Origin: Candidatus Krumholzibacteriota bacterium
Lineage (GTDB): Bacteria; Krumholzibacteriota; Krumholzibacteriia; LZORAL124-64-63
Assembly: GCA_039714075.1 (NCBI GenBank)
Contig: JBDLKA010000008.1
Coordinates: 1-62,651 of the forward strand
Reading direction: 5' to 3'
DNA length: 62,651 bases
Shown here in pieces: positions 1-9,499 of this stretch. The notes beneath the pieces were generated by a model. It did no database searches and had not been told where the DNA came from. It was given only the letters and a program-made list of their open reading frames with translations. The translations under genes and the position numbers were made by a program. Each line of letters begins with the position of its first letter. The first letter of the stretch is position 1.

Positions 1-2
1 CG

Positions 3-893
3 CCCCTGTTCCTGGGCTTCCTTCACAACGTGCCCTTCTTCTGGGTCACGACCGGCATCCTTGGCGAGATGCTGCTGACCGCCGCCCTGGTCCTGATCGC
101 CTTTTTCTTCGTCGATACCTTCTTCTACCGCAGGGAAGAGAACAAGCCCGAAGCCTCCGGCGACGAGGGCGGGATCCGGATCGAAGGCTGGCACAACTTC
201 TTCTTCCTGCTCGGCGTGATGGTCGCGGTGATCATGTCCGGCTCCCTGAAGCTGGTGGACGTCCCCATCTACAGCGGCGGCAGCCACGCGGTCATGGTGC
301 CGTTGCAGAACTGGCTGAAGGACATCATCATCATCGTGATGGGCATCCTGTCGCTGAAGACCACCGCCCAGGCCCTGCGCAAGAAGAACGGATTTTCCTG
401 GTTCCCCATCCAGGAAGTGGCCTACCTGTTCGCGGGCATCTTCATGACGATCATTCCGGCCCTGGCCATCCTGAAGGCGGGATCGGCGGGCGCGCTTGCC
501 GATCTGACCAACGCCGTGCATGGTCCGGTGCGGTACTTCTGGGCCACGGGCATCCTTTCCAGTTTCCTGGACAACGCGCCCACCTACCTGACCTTTTTCA
601 ACGCCGCGCTGGGCGACCTGGGCCGGGTGGAAGCTGACATTCCCGGCATGCTGGGTTATCTCGACCAGTCCCTGCGCAACGAGGTCTTCATCAGCGACCT
701 GACCGCCATCTCGGCGGGAGCTGTGTTCATGGGCGCGGTGACCTACATCGGCAACGCGCCGAATTTCATGGTCAAGGCCATCGCCGAGGAAGCGGGGATC
801 CCGATGCCCAGCTTCTTCGGGTACATGCTCAAATGGTCGGTTCCCATCCTGATGCCGATCTTCGTCATCGTGACCTTCGTGTTCTTTGCCTAG
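3..893 (+). CDS. Putative Na+/H+ antiporter-family (ArsB/NhaD superfamily, DUF1646-like) membrane transporter, 5'-truncated
   Basis: The frame is open from the window edge (PLFLGFL...). Many hydrophobic helices, with motifs LSSFLDNAPTY and GAVTYIGNAPNFMVK. Confidence 0.8.
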   Translation, partial: PLFLGFLHNVPFFWVTTGILGEMLLTAALVLIAFFFVDTFFYRREENKPEASGDEGGIRIEGWHNFFFLLGVMVAVIMSGSLKLVDVPIYSGGSHAVMVPLQNWLKDIIIIVMGILSLKTTAQALRKKNGFSWFPIQEVAYLFAGIFMTIIPALAILKAGSAGALADLTNAVHGPVRYFWATGILSSFLDNAPTYLTFFNAALGDLGRVEADIPGMLGYLDQSLRNEVFISDLTAISAGAVFMGAVTYIGNAPNFMVKAIAEEAGIPMPSFFGYMLKWSVPILMPIFVIVTFVFFA

Positions 894-906
894 AGGAGAT
901 TGAGAT

Positions 907-1503
907 ATGGCCACGAAAAACAGCCCCGCCAAGCAGTCGTTCTACGAAGTCGTTTTCATGGGCAAGCCCAAGGTCGTGCGCGCGTTCATGAAGGGTTTCG
1001 TCATGGGCACCCTCGACGACGCGACGGTCATCTACAGCTTCAACTCGGGCGTCCATCACGAAGGCAAGGCGGAGAAACTGGCGGAGATGGTCGGCATCCG
1101 GGGCACCGACTGCCACGTCATCGTCGATGCGGCCACCAGCGCCCTGCTGAAGAAGCGCACCAAGCGGATCACCCGGGAGACCGGCCTGGAAATCACCTCG
1201 CACCGCCACATCCGCTCGGCGAGCATGTTCTTCAATTTCCACGCCTATGCTCCCCGGTATAATCAGGAGATTGTCAGCATGGTGAAGAAGCTGCCGGCCG
1301 GGCTGCGGCTGGAGGGTTTCCAGCACGAGGTGAAGCTCGATCCCAAGGCCAAGGGGATCGAGGCCTATGCGGCTGTTCATCATTACGAGGCGTGTGGGGA
1401 GGCGACCGTGGTCGGGCGGATTGATCTGCTTGTCGCGTTGAAGAAGAAGTTCGCGGATTTTCCCCTGATCCAGTCCGAGGATATCGTTCTGAAGCTGGCT
1501 TAA
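907..1503 (+). CDS. Hypothetical cytoplasmic protein, 198 aa
   Basis: GAGGAG RBS upstream, host-like codon usage, 13 nt after the antiporter stop. Confidence 0.75.
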   Translation: MATKNSPAKQSFYEVVFMGKPKVVRAFMKGFVMGTLDDATVIYSFNSGVHHEGKAEKLAEMVGIRGTDCHVIVDAATSALLKKRTKRITRETGLEITSHRHIRSASMFFNFHAYAPRYNQEIVSMVKKLPAGLRLEGFQHEVKLDPKAKGIEAYAAVHHYEACGEATVVGRIDLLVALKKKFADFPLIQSEDIVLKLA

Positions 1504-1508
1504 GGGCC

Positions 1509-1606
1509 GGGAGCAGGCCCGTAATAGAAGAATCCCGGATGTCCTCAACCCATCTTTCAGATGGGCCTGCGGATTACCGGGATTCTTCTATTACGGACCT
1601 GCTCCC
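1509..1606. repeat. Long imperfect palindrome (REP/MITE-like), copy 1
   Basis: 30-nt arms at 1509-1538 and 1577-1606 with 1 mismatch. Inner hairpin CCCATCT-TTC-AGATGGG flanked by TCCTCA...CCTGCGGATTA. Confidence 0.85.
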
Positions 1607-1646
1607 TACTCCCAAGCTCATTTCCAAATCGATATTCATAGTGAAG

Positions 1647-1671
1647 GGAAGGCCCCCCGGGGGGTCTTTCC
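1647..1671. terminator. C6G6 palindromic hairpin, probable terminator
   Basis: GGAAGGCCCCCCGGGGGGTCTTTCC directly after the stop of 1675-2244, between convergent genes. Confidence 0.55.
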
Positions 1672-1674
1672 AAG

Positions 1675-2244
1675 CTACCGATACAAGCTCTTGATCGTGC
1701 CCCAACCCATGGTCTCGGAAGCGACGCTGCAATCCGTAGTGATGTGGGCGACCTGACCCTGCAGGGCCTCCACCCGATTTCCGTCTGCCAGGATGATGTA
1801 GGGATTGATCACCGGAATTGGGGAACCGCTGGCCATTTCAACATGGAAGGTTCCGTCGGGAGGCCCGCTTCCCATGAACATGTAGTCAAACCGGACCAGG
1901 GGGGTGGCGACAGTGGCCGGGAAAGGCTCCGTGCAGGCAACGCTCAGGTTGTCCAACTCCGGCGGCACGATCCAGATGATTCCGCAAGGCCAGTGGATGC
2001 CCAGTTCCACGTAGGGACCGGTCCAATAGTAACCCGCTTCAAACCCCCGTATCATTCCATGCGTTGGATTGGTATAGACGATCCAGACGGAAAAGGAAAC
2101 GAACGGCAGCAGGTCGTCTTTGCAGGTTTGATCGCCGAAATCGTCGAAATAGACTCCCAAAACGTCAGGTCGCGGGTCGGTGACTCCCAGGACGGATTGG
2201 GTCAATATAAACAGGAAAAAGCCCACCAATATCAAACGTGGCAT
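1675..2244 (-). CDS. Secreted protein with C-terminal WGxIKxLYR tail
   Basis: AGGAGG RBS, signal peptide, beta-rich body, ends in ...ASETMGWGTIKSLYR. Confidence 0.8.
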   Translation of the reverse strand: MPRLILVGFFLFILTQSVLGVTDPRPDVLGVYFDDFGDQTCKDDLLPFVSFSVWIVYTNPTHGMIRGFEAGYYWTGPYVELGIHWPCGIIWIVPPELDNLSVACTEPFPATVATPLVRFDYMFMGSGPPDGTFHVEMASGSPIPVINPYIILADGNRVEALQGQVAHITTDCSVASETMGWGTIKSLYR

Positions 2245-2324
2245 ATCCCACCTCCTGATAAAGTGAACGGCACATATTGAGGCCCAGCCATCAAATCATA
2301 CATAATTGAACCGGGGGCAGCCAC

Positions 2325-2353
2325 AAACAGGGCGGCCCCGAAGGACCGCCCTG
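2325..2353 (-). terminator. Intrinsic terminator with cUUCGg tetraloop
   Basis: Minus strand reads CAGGGCGGTCC-TTCG-GGGCCGCCCTG-TTTG, downstream of the lipoprotein gene. Confidence 0.7.
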
Positions 2354-2380
2354 CCTTTGGGCGATAATGAAGCGAGTGAA

Positions 2381-3556
2381 CTATTGAACGAGGTCTTCCG
2401 CCTCATCGTCGCACAGGGTGGTCCAACGGCCCTCGTAGAAACCGCCGGGATAACCGGGCACCGGGTGGGCGCGGCCGCCCAGCAGACCTTCGACGTTCCC
2501 GTTCCGGGTCACCCAGGCGCCTCGGAATTCACCCAGGTCGCCCTCTTCACCGGCCGGGTCCCAGCCGCCGCGCATCAGACCCATGAATCGGCCCTGGCGG
2601 TCGATGAACTTGCCGACAAAGACCCGTTCGCCTTCCGCGGTCACACCGTAACCGCCGCGCATGAAGCCGTGGATGCGGCCGTTGAGGGTGATCCAGGCGC
2701 CGGCGAACACACCAAGACGCTCGCCCTGATCCTCGGTGTTCACGGTGTCGGGACGGTCCTGCCGCATATGGCGGTAACGACCGGACAGGAAACCCTTGGG
2801 GCAGATCTCGATGTCGTCCAGGCCGAATCCGTTCAACTGGATCCTGTTGCCCTGGTCATCCACGTCGATGACCTGGTCCATATCCACCAGATCGCTCACC
2901 AGGAACTCGCCCTGGTACAGCGGCATGTCGATGTACAGCTTGTTGGCGACCTCGGGCTCGGTGGACGGGTCCAGCGGCGGCTCGATGATCTGAATCAAAA
3001 GACCATCGTAATGGCATGTGGTCCGCGAAATGAAAGCCACCGTCTGCGGGTTCAGACGCGGGAACACCACGTGGTCGGCGGGGAATTCGAACTTGATCAT
3101 GCGCTTGACCACGACCAGGCCGCGGTCGGTGCGGATGGTGCCCGTCCAGTCGGTCACGTCACAGGGCGGTTCGATGGTCGTGGAGTCATCCGGACCCCGC
3201 AACATGCCCCAGCGCAGACGCAGGAAGGTGAAACGGGGGCGCTCGCCGTCCGTGTAGCGTTCCATGTTCCGGCTGCGCTCCTCCATCTCGCGGACCAACG
3301 GATTGTCGGCTGTCGGATCGTCCACGACTTCCTGTTCCTCGGCCAGCAGCATGGCCTTCAAACCCTCGTCACCGAAGGCCACCTCTTCGTCGCTGGCCGT
3401 CAGGCCGCCGTAGGGGTCGCCGAGATCCAGTTGTTCGTAATCGTCGCCGCCGGTAAGGTTCGCGGCCGTCAATTCGGAGTCTTCGTTGCTGCAGCCGGCC
3501 AGCAGGTAAAGGGCCAAAAGGACCCCCGCGACCAGCAAAATGTAATTCCTGTTCAT
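2381..3556 (-). CDS. Hypothetical lipoprotein
   Basis: MNRNYILLVAGVLLALYLLAG-C lipobox, AGGAGG RBS, Gly/aromatic beta-strand repeats in the C-terminal half. Confidence 0.8.
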   Translation of the reverse strand: MNRNYILLVAGVLLALYLLAGCSNEDSELTAANLTGGDDYEQLDLGDPYGGLTASDEEVAFGDEGLKAMLLAEEQEVVDDPTADNPLVREMEERSRNMERYTDGERPRFTFLRLRWGMLRGPDDSTTIEPPCDVTDWTGTIRTDRGLVVVKRMIKFEFPADHVVFPRLNPQTVAFISRTTCHYDGLLIQIIEPPLDPSTEPEVANKLYIDMPLYQGEFLVSDLVDMDQVIDVDDQGNRIQLNGFGLDDIEICPKGFLSGRYRHMRQDRPDTVNTEDQGERLGVFAGAWITLNGRIHGFMRGGYGVTAEGERVFVGKFIDRQGRFMGLMRGGWDPAGEEGDLGEFRGAWVTRNGNVEGLLGGRAHPVPGYPGGFYEGRWTTLCDDEAEDLVQ

Positions 3557-3618
3557 GATCGTCCCCTCCTGAGGAATGGTCATTTTTGCCCCTGATGTGA
3601 ATTCCAACGAACGGAATA

Positions 3619-3634
3619 TGCAGAGGGGATGCCA
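3619..3634 (-). promoter_or_regulatory. Candidate sigma-54 (-24/-12) promoter
   Basis: TGGCATCCCCTCTGCA gives GG-N10-GC, about 60 nt upstream of the lipoprotein start. Confidence 0.5.
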
Positions 3635-3786
3635 ATTCACTCCCGCAAAAACAACTCATTGGGATATATCATCTTGGAGATTCCAGCAGAAAAAAAACGA
3701 CCAGAGGGATCATCAAAAGTGTACGCCAGGGGACAGTCCAACCGCGATTCCGTACACACACGGGCGCACCGGAACCGGACACCCGG

Positions 3787-4242
3787 TTACGACCCCGAAC
3801 GCTTGACCTTCAGCTTCAGGGCCATCAATTCCTCGTGCCGCACACCCAGCAGGGTGCCCATCTTGTGCATCAGGGCATCCTCACGGGCTTCCAACACCCC
3901 GTCGCTGTAGACCACCTGCCAGAGCAGTTCCAACACGGCCAGTTTGCGGGGCCGGCTGAAGCTGTCGTTGATAAGGCGGGCGAACTGGTAGAGGTCCCCG
4001 CTTTTCTGTCGCTCGGAGTCGGCCGCGTGAAGCAATTCCGCGGTCTGGTCGGAATCCAGGCCGAACCGGCGGCCCACCAAATCAGCGATGGCCTTTTCCT
4101 CATCCTCCGAAAAATCCTGGTCCGCGTGGGCGACTTCCAGCAACAGTGCGCATGTGGCCACCTGCAGATGGTTCAAATCTTCGGCCTTGTCCTCGGCGGG
4201 GGCCATGGTGTCCTGGAAAAAACGGCTGAGGGATTCGAACAT
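3787..4242 (-). CDS. TerB family tellurite-resistance-like protein
   Basis: ALLLEVAHADQDFSEDE and LWQVVYSDGVLEAREDALM motifs. Confidence 0.85.
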   Translation of the reverse strand: MFESLSRFFQDTMAPAEDKAEDLNHLQVATCALLLEVAHADQDFSEDEEKAIADLVGRRFGLDSDQTAELLHAADSERQKSGDLYQFARLINDSFSRPRKLAVLELLWQVVYSDGVLEAREDALMHKMGTLLGVRHEELMALKLKVKRSGS

Positions 4243-4268
4243 TCAATCTCCAGACCGGCGGCGCCGGA

Positions 4269-5408
4269 TCAAAGGGGCTGGCGGGTCCAGGTGGAACCCG
4301 GCAGGGTGAGTACTTCGTAAGGAATGGTTCCGAGCAGATCGGCCAACGCTTCGACAGTGATGGTTTCTTCTCCCTGGCGCCCCAGCAAGACCGCCTGGTC
4401 GCCGGCGTCGGCATCGGGAATGTGCGTGACGTCGGCCATGCACAGATTCATGCAGATGCGCCCGACCAAAGGCGCCCGGCGGCCGTGGATCAGGACGTAA
4501 CCACGTCCCGAAAGGGCCCGCGGCAAACCATCGGAGTAGCCCACCGGCAGCACCGCGATACGGCTGTCGGTCATGGCCTTCCAGGACCGGCCGTAGCCGA
4601 CGGTTTCCCCGGCGGGCACCGATCGTACCTGCGACACGGCCACCTTCCAGGTCAGCGCCGGTTCCAGGGTGACCTCTTCCCGGCCGCGCTGGCGAACCGA
4701 AACCAGGGTCTCCCGCGACGGCCACACCCCGTAGGCGCTGATGCCCACCCGGGCGATGGCCCGGTGGCTGCGGTCCCACAGCAGGGCGGCCGCGCTGCAA
4801 CTCATGTGCTGGACCAGATCGTCGAATCCCGCTGCCGCAAGCGTATCCCGGAAGCCGTCGAACCGTTTCATCTGGGCCTTGGCGAACCCGTGGTCGGTGG
4901 TGTCCTCGATATCGGCGAAATGGCTGGAAAGTCCCACCACTTCGAGTCCGTCCGAATCCCGCAGAATCCCGATCGCTTCGTCGAGTTCCGCCTCGACCAG
5001 CCCTTGGCGGTTGACCCCCGTTTCCACCTTGAGGTGCACCTTCACCGCAGCCCCGCCGGCGGCCGCCGCCCGACAGGCGGACAGTGACGCGACGGTGATT
5101 TCCACATCCAGGTCGGCCGCCGCCGCGGCCTCCGACCGGTTGACGGGCCCCAGAACCAGAATGGGAACCGTGATTCCCTCGTCCCGCAAACAAGCCGCCT
5201 CGGCCAGGGAATGGACGCCCAGCAGATCGGCACCGCCGGCCAGGAAGGCTTGCGAGGCAACAAGAAGGCCATGGCCATAGGCATCAGCCTTGACCACGGC
5301 CATCAGTCGTGTGGCAGGTCCCGCCAGACGGCGGAAAACCGCGATGTTCCTTGTCAGGGCGGCCCGGTCGACCTCGATGGTCAACCAGCTTCCGTCGCTA
5401 TCAGGCAC
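4269..5408 (-). CDS. alr: Alanine racemase
   Basis: PLP-lysine motif AVVKADAYGHG, plus VGYG, GYSDG, GRICM and GTIPYE. The GTG start overlaps the end of fur. Confidence 0.95.
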   Translation of the reverse strand: MPDSDGSWLTIEVDRAALTRNIAVFRRLAGPATRLMAVVKADAYGHGLLVASQAFLAGGADLLGVHSLAEAACLRDEGITVPILVLGPVNRSEAAAAADLDVEITVASLSACRAAAAGGAAVKVHLKVETGVNRQGLVEAELDEAIGILRDSDGLEVVGLSSHFADIEDTTDHGFAKAQMKRFDGFRDTLAAAGFDDLVQHMSCSAAALLWDRSHRAIARVGISAYGVWPSRETLVSVRQRGREEVTLEPALTWKVAVSQVRSVPAGETVGYGRSWKAMTDSRIAVLPVGYSDGLPRALSGRGYVLIHGRRAPLVGRICMNLCMADVTHIPDADAGDQAVLLGRQGEETITVEALADLLGTIPYEVLTLPGSTWTRQPL

Positions 5409-5916
5409 CCCGGGCTTCAGCGGCTTTCTTGTTCTTGCGCTTGTTGCAGGCTTCCTTGTCCTTGCAGGCACCGTAAAGCTCCAAACGATGTCGGTAGATC
5501 TGGAAATTGTTTTCCTCGGCCAGCTTTTCCTGAAGAGCCTCCAACCGGGGATTGAAGAATTCGGAGATCATCCCGCACTCGAGACAGATCATGTGGTCAT
5601 GGTGCTCCACATCGGAATGACCTTCGTAGCGGGCCAGGCCGTCACCAAAACGGCGTTCCTCCACCAGGTTGCTTTCCACCAGCAGGTGCAGCGTGCGGTA
5701 GACCGTCGCGTACCCGATTCTGGGATTGACCTTCTTGACCTCGTTCAGCAGTTCCTCAACCGAGATGTGCCCGCGCAACCGGAAGAAAACCGAGATGATT
5801 GTGTTGCGCTGGCGTGTGGTTTTCAGGCCCTTGCGTTGAATGAACTCGGCAAAGGCGGCTTCCTTTTCCTTGACGAGGTTCTCGTCCACTTCCTTGGATG
5901 GGTTAACGGGTGCCAT
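5401..5916 (-). CDS. fur: Fur family metal-dependent transcriptional regulator
   Basis: GLKTTRQR, ATVYRTL, HHDHMICLECG, HRLELYGAC. Metal specificity (Fur or Zur) is not established. Confidence 0.9.
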   Translation of the reverse strand: MAPVNPSKEVDENLVKEKEAAFAEFIQRKGLKTTRQRNTIISVFFRLRGHISVEELLNEVKKVNPRIGYATVYRTLHLLVESNLVEERRFGDGLARYEGHSDVEHHDHMICLECGMISEFFNPRLEALQEKLAEENNFQIYRHRLELYGACKDKEACNKRKNKKAAEARGA

Positions 5917-5996
5917 GTTGGACCTCTCGCTATTGAAGTGATTCCTGAAGACCAGGCTGAAATTCCGACTGGAATTGATTTCTGTTTTCGTAATTC

Positions 5997-6025
5997 AGAA
6001 TAAGCTCACTTCAATCCGGTGTCAA
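5997..6025 (-). promoter_or_regulatory. Sigma-70 promoter of fur-alr-terB
   Basis: TTGACA-17 nt-TATTCT. Confidence 0.7.
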
Positions 6026-6034
6026 GAAACCCAC

Positions 6035-6868
6035 TCAATTGAATAACAGCTCCACCGCAACCCTTTCCTGCGGAATAACATACCAAAATGTCCGCCCATC
6101 GTGAAGCAGCAGGACATCCTGACCGCGAAACAAAAATGATCCTGTATCCACTGTAGCGCTCCAGGAGCGCCGGGATCCGGACAGCCGGTACAACCGTCCG
6201 GTGCCACTGTCTGTCACCCACATGTTCTTGCCGTCCCAGGCCACGCCGTAAGGCGAAAACCCGGGCGTCACGGCGGAGCGGGTGATGGCTCCCGCCTCGG
6301 GATCGAAACGGTCGACCCGGCCGGTGTCCCGATCCGAAAGCCACACGTAGCGGCCGTCGAAACACATGGCGCCGGGACGATGTCCGGGAGCGTCGAAGGC
6401 TTCCTCGACCTGAAGAGTGTCCACCTGGATCTGGTACAGGATGGAGCTGCCGTCTTTGGCGTCCCCGCAGCTGTAGAGGTATTCCCCGTCCCACGCCAGG
6501 GCCCGGTCCAGCACGCCGCTGAAATCCTCCCTGAGCAGGATATCACCGGCCCGGTCCCGGAAGACCAGACTGACTTCACGATCACCCGACCTGCTCATTG
6601 AATCCGGGATGGCTTCCAGCACAACCAGAGTGTCGGGGCCCATCCAGGTAATTCCGGCAATGATTCCGGCATCACCCAGGGACATGGTGTCCAGGGTCGT
6701 GAATGACAGCGTCAGGTCCGGAGCCTCGTCATCGCCGGCGGCCGCGGACCGCGCCGGCACCATGGCCTGGGTCCCACAAACAACCACTGCCAGAGCCCAC
6801 AGGACTCCGGCTCGCCGGCAACCATTCACCAGGATAACCAGGTGCCTCATCAATATCATCGGATCCAT
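6035..6868 (-). CDS. Secreted beta-propeller protein (YncE/glutaminyl-cyclase-like repeats); start uncertain
   Basis: Repeats ALAWDGEYLY, MCFDGRYVWLSD and VAWDGKNMWVTD after a hydrophobic N-terminus. Confidence 0.7.
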   Translation of the reverse strand: MDPMILMRHLVILVNGCRRAGVLWALAVVVCGTQAMVPARSAAAGDDEAPDLTLSFTTLDTMSLGDAGIIAGITWMGPDTLVVLEAIPDSMSRSGDREVSLVFRDRAGDILLREDFSGVLDRALAWDGEYLYSCGDAKDGSSILYQIQVDTLQVEEAFDAPGHRPGAMCFDGRYVWLSDRDTGRVDRFDPEAGAITRSAVTPGFSPYGVAWDGKNMWVTDSGTGRLYRLSGSRRSWSATVDTGSFLFRGQDVLLLHDGRTFWYVIPQERVAVELLFN

Positions 6869-6879
6869 CCCTTCAGCAA

Positions 6880-8079
6880 TCAACCGGAACCGGCCAGCCG
6901 CCGTTGGCGAAGAAGGTCGGCGCTCTTGTCCAGGATTTCGTTGAGCCGTTTCCATTCCAGGGGCTTGGTCGCGGTCAGGTCCACGATGGCTTTATCCGCG
7001 CCGGCCAGCAATTCCTCCCGGCCCCAGCCGGTGATCAGGACAATCACCAGGGACTGGTCCTGTTTCCTCAGCAGTGAAGCCAGTTCCAATCCCGAGCGGC
7101 CGGGCAGGGACTGATCCACCAGGGCCAGACCGAATTTCCCGGGCGCGAATCCTTCCAGGGCGCTGTGGGCGTCCCTGAAGGGGGTCACCCGGCAATCCAA
7201 CTCGGTCAGGACATCGGTGAGCATGTCCCGGACCCCGGTATCGTCATCCACCACCAGCACGGGAAAACCCGCGGGCCGGGATCCGGGTTCCGTTTCCCCG
7301 CGGTTTTTTTCCTCAGCGGCATGAACGACCCGGTCGATCCGGGGCAGATCCACCAGGAACCGGGCGCCGATTCCCTGCTCCGAGTCGAGATCCAGCCGGC
7401 CGTCGAAACACTTCAACAGCTGCCGGCTGCCCGCCAGTCCGACGCCCCGGAATTCCTCGCCGCTGGAGGAAAAACCCGGTTCAAAAATCCGCCCGGCGAG
7501 GTCCTTGTCAAGCCCGGGCCCGTTGTCGGTGACGCTCAGAGTGACACGCCCCTGCCGGGCGGAGGCGGCAATGTTGATGCGCCCCCCCGCGGGCAAAACC
7601 TCCAGGGCATTGATCAGCAGGTTGCTCAGCACTTCCCTGACGACCTGGCCCGGCACCGAGGAAAACAGGTCCGCGGGAACATCCTGCTCCAGGACCCAGG
7701 ATCCCGGTGACTCGTCATGCCCGGCCTTGGCCCAGCTACCGGTACCTTCGGGCCGGATCAACAGCGAGACCGCGCGCACCGCGTCCCGCAGGTTGACCAC
7801 GGCGGCACTTCCGTCACGCTGGTCCTCCGGAAGCCCCCTTTGCAATCTCTTGATCATGGCGGCGGCATCCCCCGCGGCCAAAACGATGGCTTCCAGATCC
7901 TCGCGCCGGGAACCCGAACCTTCACGCATGAGCAGAAGCTCGGCGCGACCCACGATCACCGCCAGCATCTGGTTGATGTCATGCACCGCCCCGGCTTTTC
8001 TCAACAAAGCGGCGGCGGATGTCTCCGAATGATTATTGGCGGCCGGATTGCGATCCCCACCACCGCGTTTCTCGGGCAT
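6880..8079 (-). CDS. Hybrid histidine kinase (HisKA-HATPase-REC) with no obvious sensor domain
   Basis: H-box HDINQML, N box NLLINA, G1 DNGPG, F box IFEPGFS, G2 GVGL. Receiver VLVVDDD...VDQSLPG...KP. Confidence 0.9.
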   Translation of the reverse strand: MPEKRGGGDRNPAANNHSETSAAALLRKAGAVHDINQMLAVIVGRAELLLMREGSGSRREDLEAIVLAAGDAAAMIKRLQRGLPEDQRDGSAAVVNLRDAVRAVSLLIRPEGTGSWAKAGHDESPGSWVLEQDVPADLFSSVPGQVVREVLSNLLINALEVLPAGGRINIAASARQGRVTLSVTDNGPGLDKDLAGRIFEPGFSSSGEEFRGVGLAGSRQLLKCFDGRLDLDSEQGIGARFLVDLPRIDRVVHAAEEKNRGETEPGSRPAGFPVLVVDDDTGVRDMLTDVLTELDCRVTPFRDAHSALEGFAPGKFGLALVDQSLPGRSGLELASLLRKQDQSLVIVLITGWGREELLAGADKAIVDLTATKPLEWKRLNEILDKSADLLRQRRLAGSG

Positions 8080-8154
8080 GATTTTTCCCCGGTAAAGACC
8101 CGTGTCCAATCCCGTTCCGGGGATCATACACCTCAAAGCTGTTCACGCAATAGT

Positions 8155-9195
8155 TCAGACGGCAAGGAGAGGTTCCGGGGCCGGCGGCGCCACGGCGGAC
8201 CACAGGGGCAGGACTATGGACAGTTCAGCATGATCCCGGGGCCCGGTCCCGAGCCGGGGTTTGACCCCCAGCACCTGGAGCAGATGGGGTGAGATCAACA
8301 TCCGGGTCAGGTTTTCGAACTCGGCCCGGTCCAGCCGGGTTTCCTCCCCGATTCCGGAAACCAGGACCGAGAGGCGGCAATCCCCACTGACCGGATCGGT
8401 TTCCAGACGGAAGACCGGGCGGTTCGCCGGACAGAGAAAGGTGAACACCCGCTCCATCTGCCGGGTCAGGATTCCCAGGAGCCGCAGGTCCGTGAGTATC
8501 TCACATGATGCACTGTTTTGATCCAGGCGCACCTCTAGGTGATCCGGGATGGTGCCGACCATCGCGGATGCCGGTTGGGGCACCAGATCGGCGGCGGGAG
8601 CCTCTTCGGCCAGCCACATCAATTCCTGGCTCCACTCGACCGCATCGGCCAGCCGGTTGAGATTGCGCAGGGCCAGACTGAGCATCCTGGCCGACCCGGG
8701 GGCCGGATCTTTTTCATCCCCCAGGACGGTCAAGGCCGTCTTGACGGCGGTCAGGGGGCTGCGCAATTCATGCCCCACGAAATCCCGGAACCGGCTCTCG
8801 TCATGCTGGGATCCTACCTCTCCACGCAGCACGCGGGCCCGCTTGACGCAGGACTGGACCGCAACCTTCAGGCGGGAACCACCCGGACCGAAATCAGGAA
8901 TGGTGATCCAGGGATTCACGGCCAGGGAGTCGGATTCCGAACCTACGACCAGAAGGGGGGCCGCTGCCGCGGCCGCCCCTCCTGCGTCGGCACCATCGGG
9001 CATGGCGCTGAAACCGTTTTCCGCGTGACCGCTGTCCTTTTGCAAATGCAACACGGCGTCGCAATCCTCGACGGTGGCCTGGAAACCGGCAGGATCGCCC
9101 TGGGGCAACCGGCCCACCGTCACCCCCCACTGCCATAGCAGGGACCGCAAGGCGGGATGCCGCTGAATGTCACCGTTGAAAAGGACGTGGGCCAA
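8155..9195 (-). CDS. HisKA-domain protein with a degenerate ATPase domain
   Basis: FVGHELRSPLTAVKTAL H-box, but no recognisable N/G1/G2 boxes. TTG start with an AGGGAG RBS. Confidence 0.7.
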   Translation of the reverse strand: MAHVLFNGDIQRHPALRSLLWQWGVTVGRLPQGDPAGFQATVEDCDAVLHLQKDSGHAENGFSAMPDGADAGGAAAAAAPLLVVGSESDSLAVNPWITIPDFGPGGSRLKVAVQSCVKRARVLRGEVGSQHDESRFRDFVGHELRSPLTAVKTALTVLGDEKDPAPGSARMLSLALRNLNRLADAVEWSQELMWLAEEAPAADLVPQPASAMVGTIPDHLEVRLDQNSASCEILTDLRLLGILTRQMERVFTFLCPANRPVFRLETDPVSGDCRLSVLVSGIGEETRLDRAEFENLTRMLISPHLLQVLGVKPRLGTGPRDHAELSIVLPLWSAVAPPAPEPLLAV

Positions 9196-9270
9196 GGTCG
9201 AACTCCCTGAATATTCCCCGGTCGGCAAGGGCCGCTTCCCGGGTCGGCCAAACTGCGATGCGGCCCAAAA

Positions 9271-9286
9271 CGCAAGGTGTATGCCA
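9271..9286 (-). promoter_or_regulatory. Candidate sigma-54 promoter
   Basis: TGGCATACACCTTGCG closely matches TGGCAC-N5-TTGC, about 75 nt upstream of the HisKA gene. Confidence 0.6.
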
Positions 9287-9499
9287 TGGCTCAATCCCTT
9301 GGTAAAGCGTAAATTAGAGAGAATCAACGAGGGAACGACGGGATCTATCCCCCACCCCGGGGAACGGGGGGGAACAACAGGGAACAAGGGTCATCCCCGG
9401 GGCAGAAAGAGTATGCCGAGGGTGGCTTCGTGCGTTTGGGGATGGGAATGGAAACCGGCAAGGCAAAAAGCAAGCATGTATCGGGAAGACGAGCCGGGA

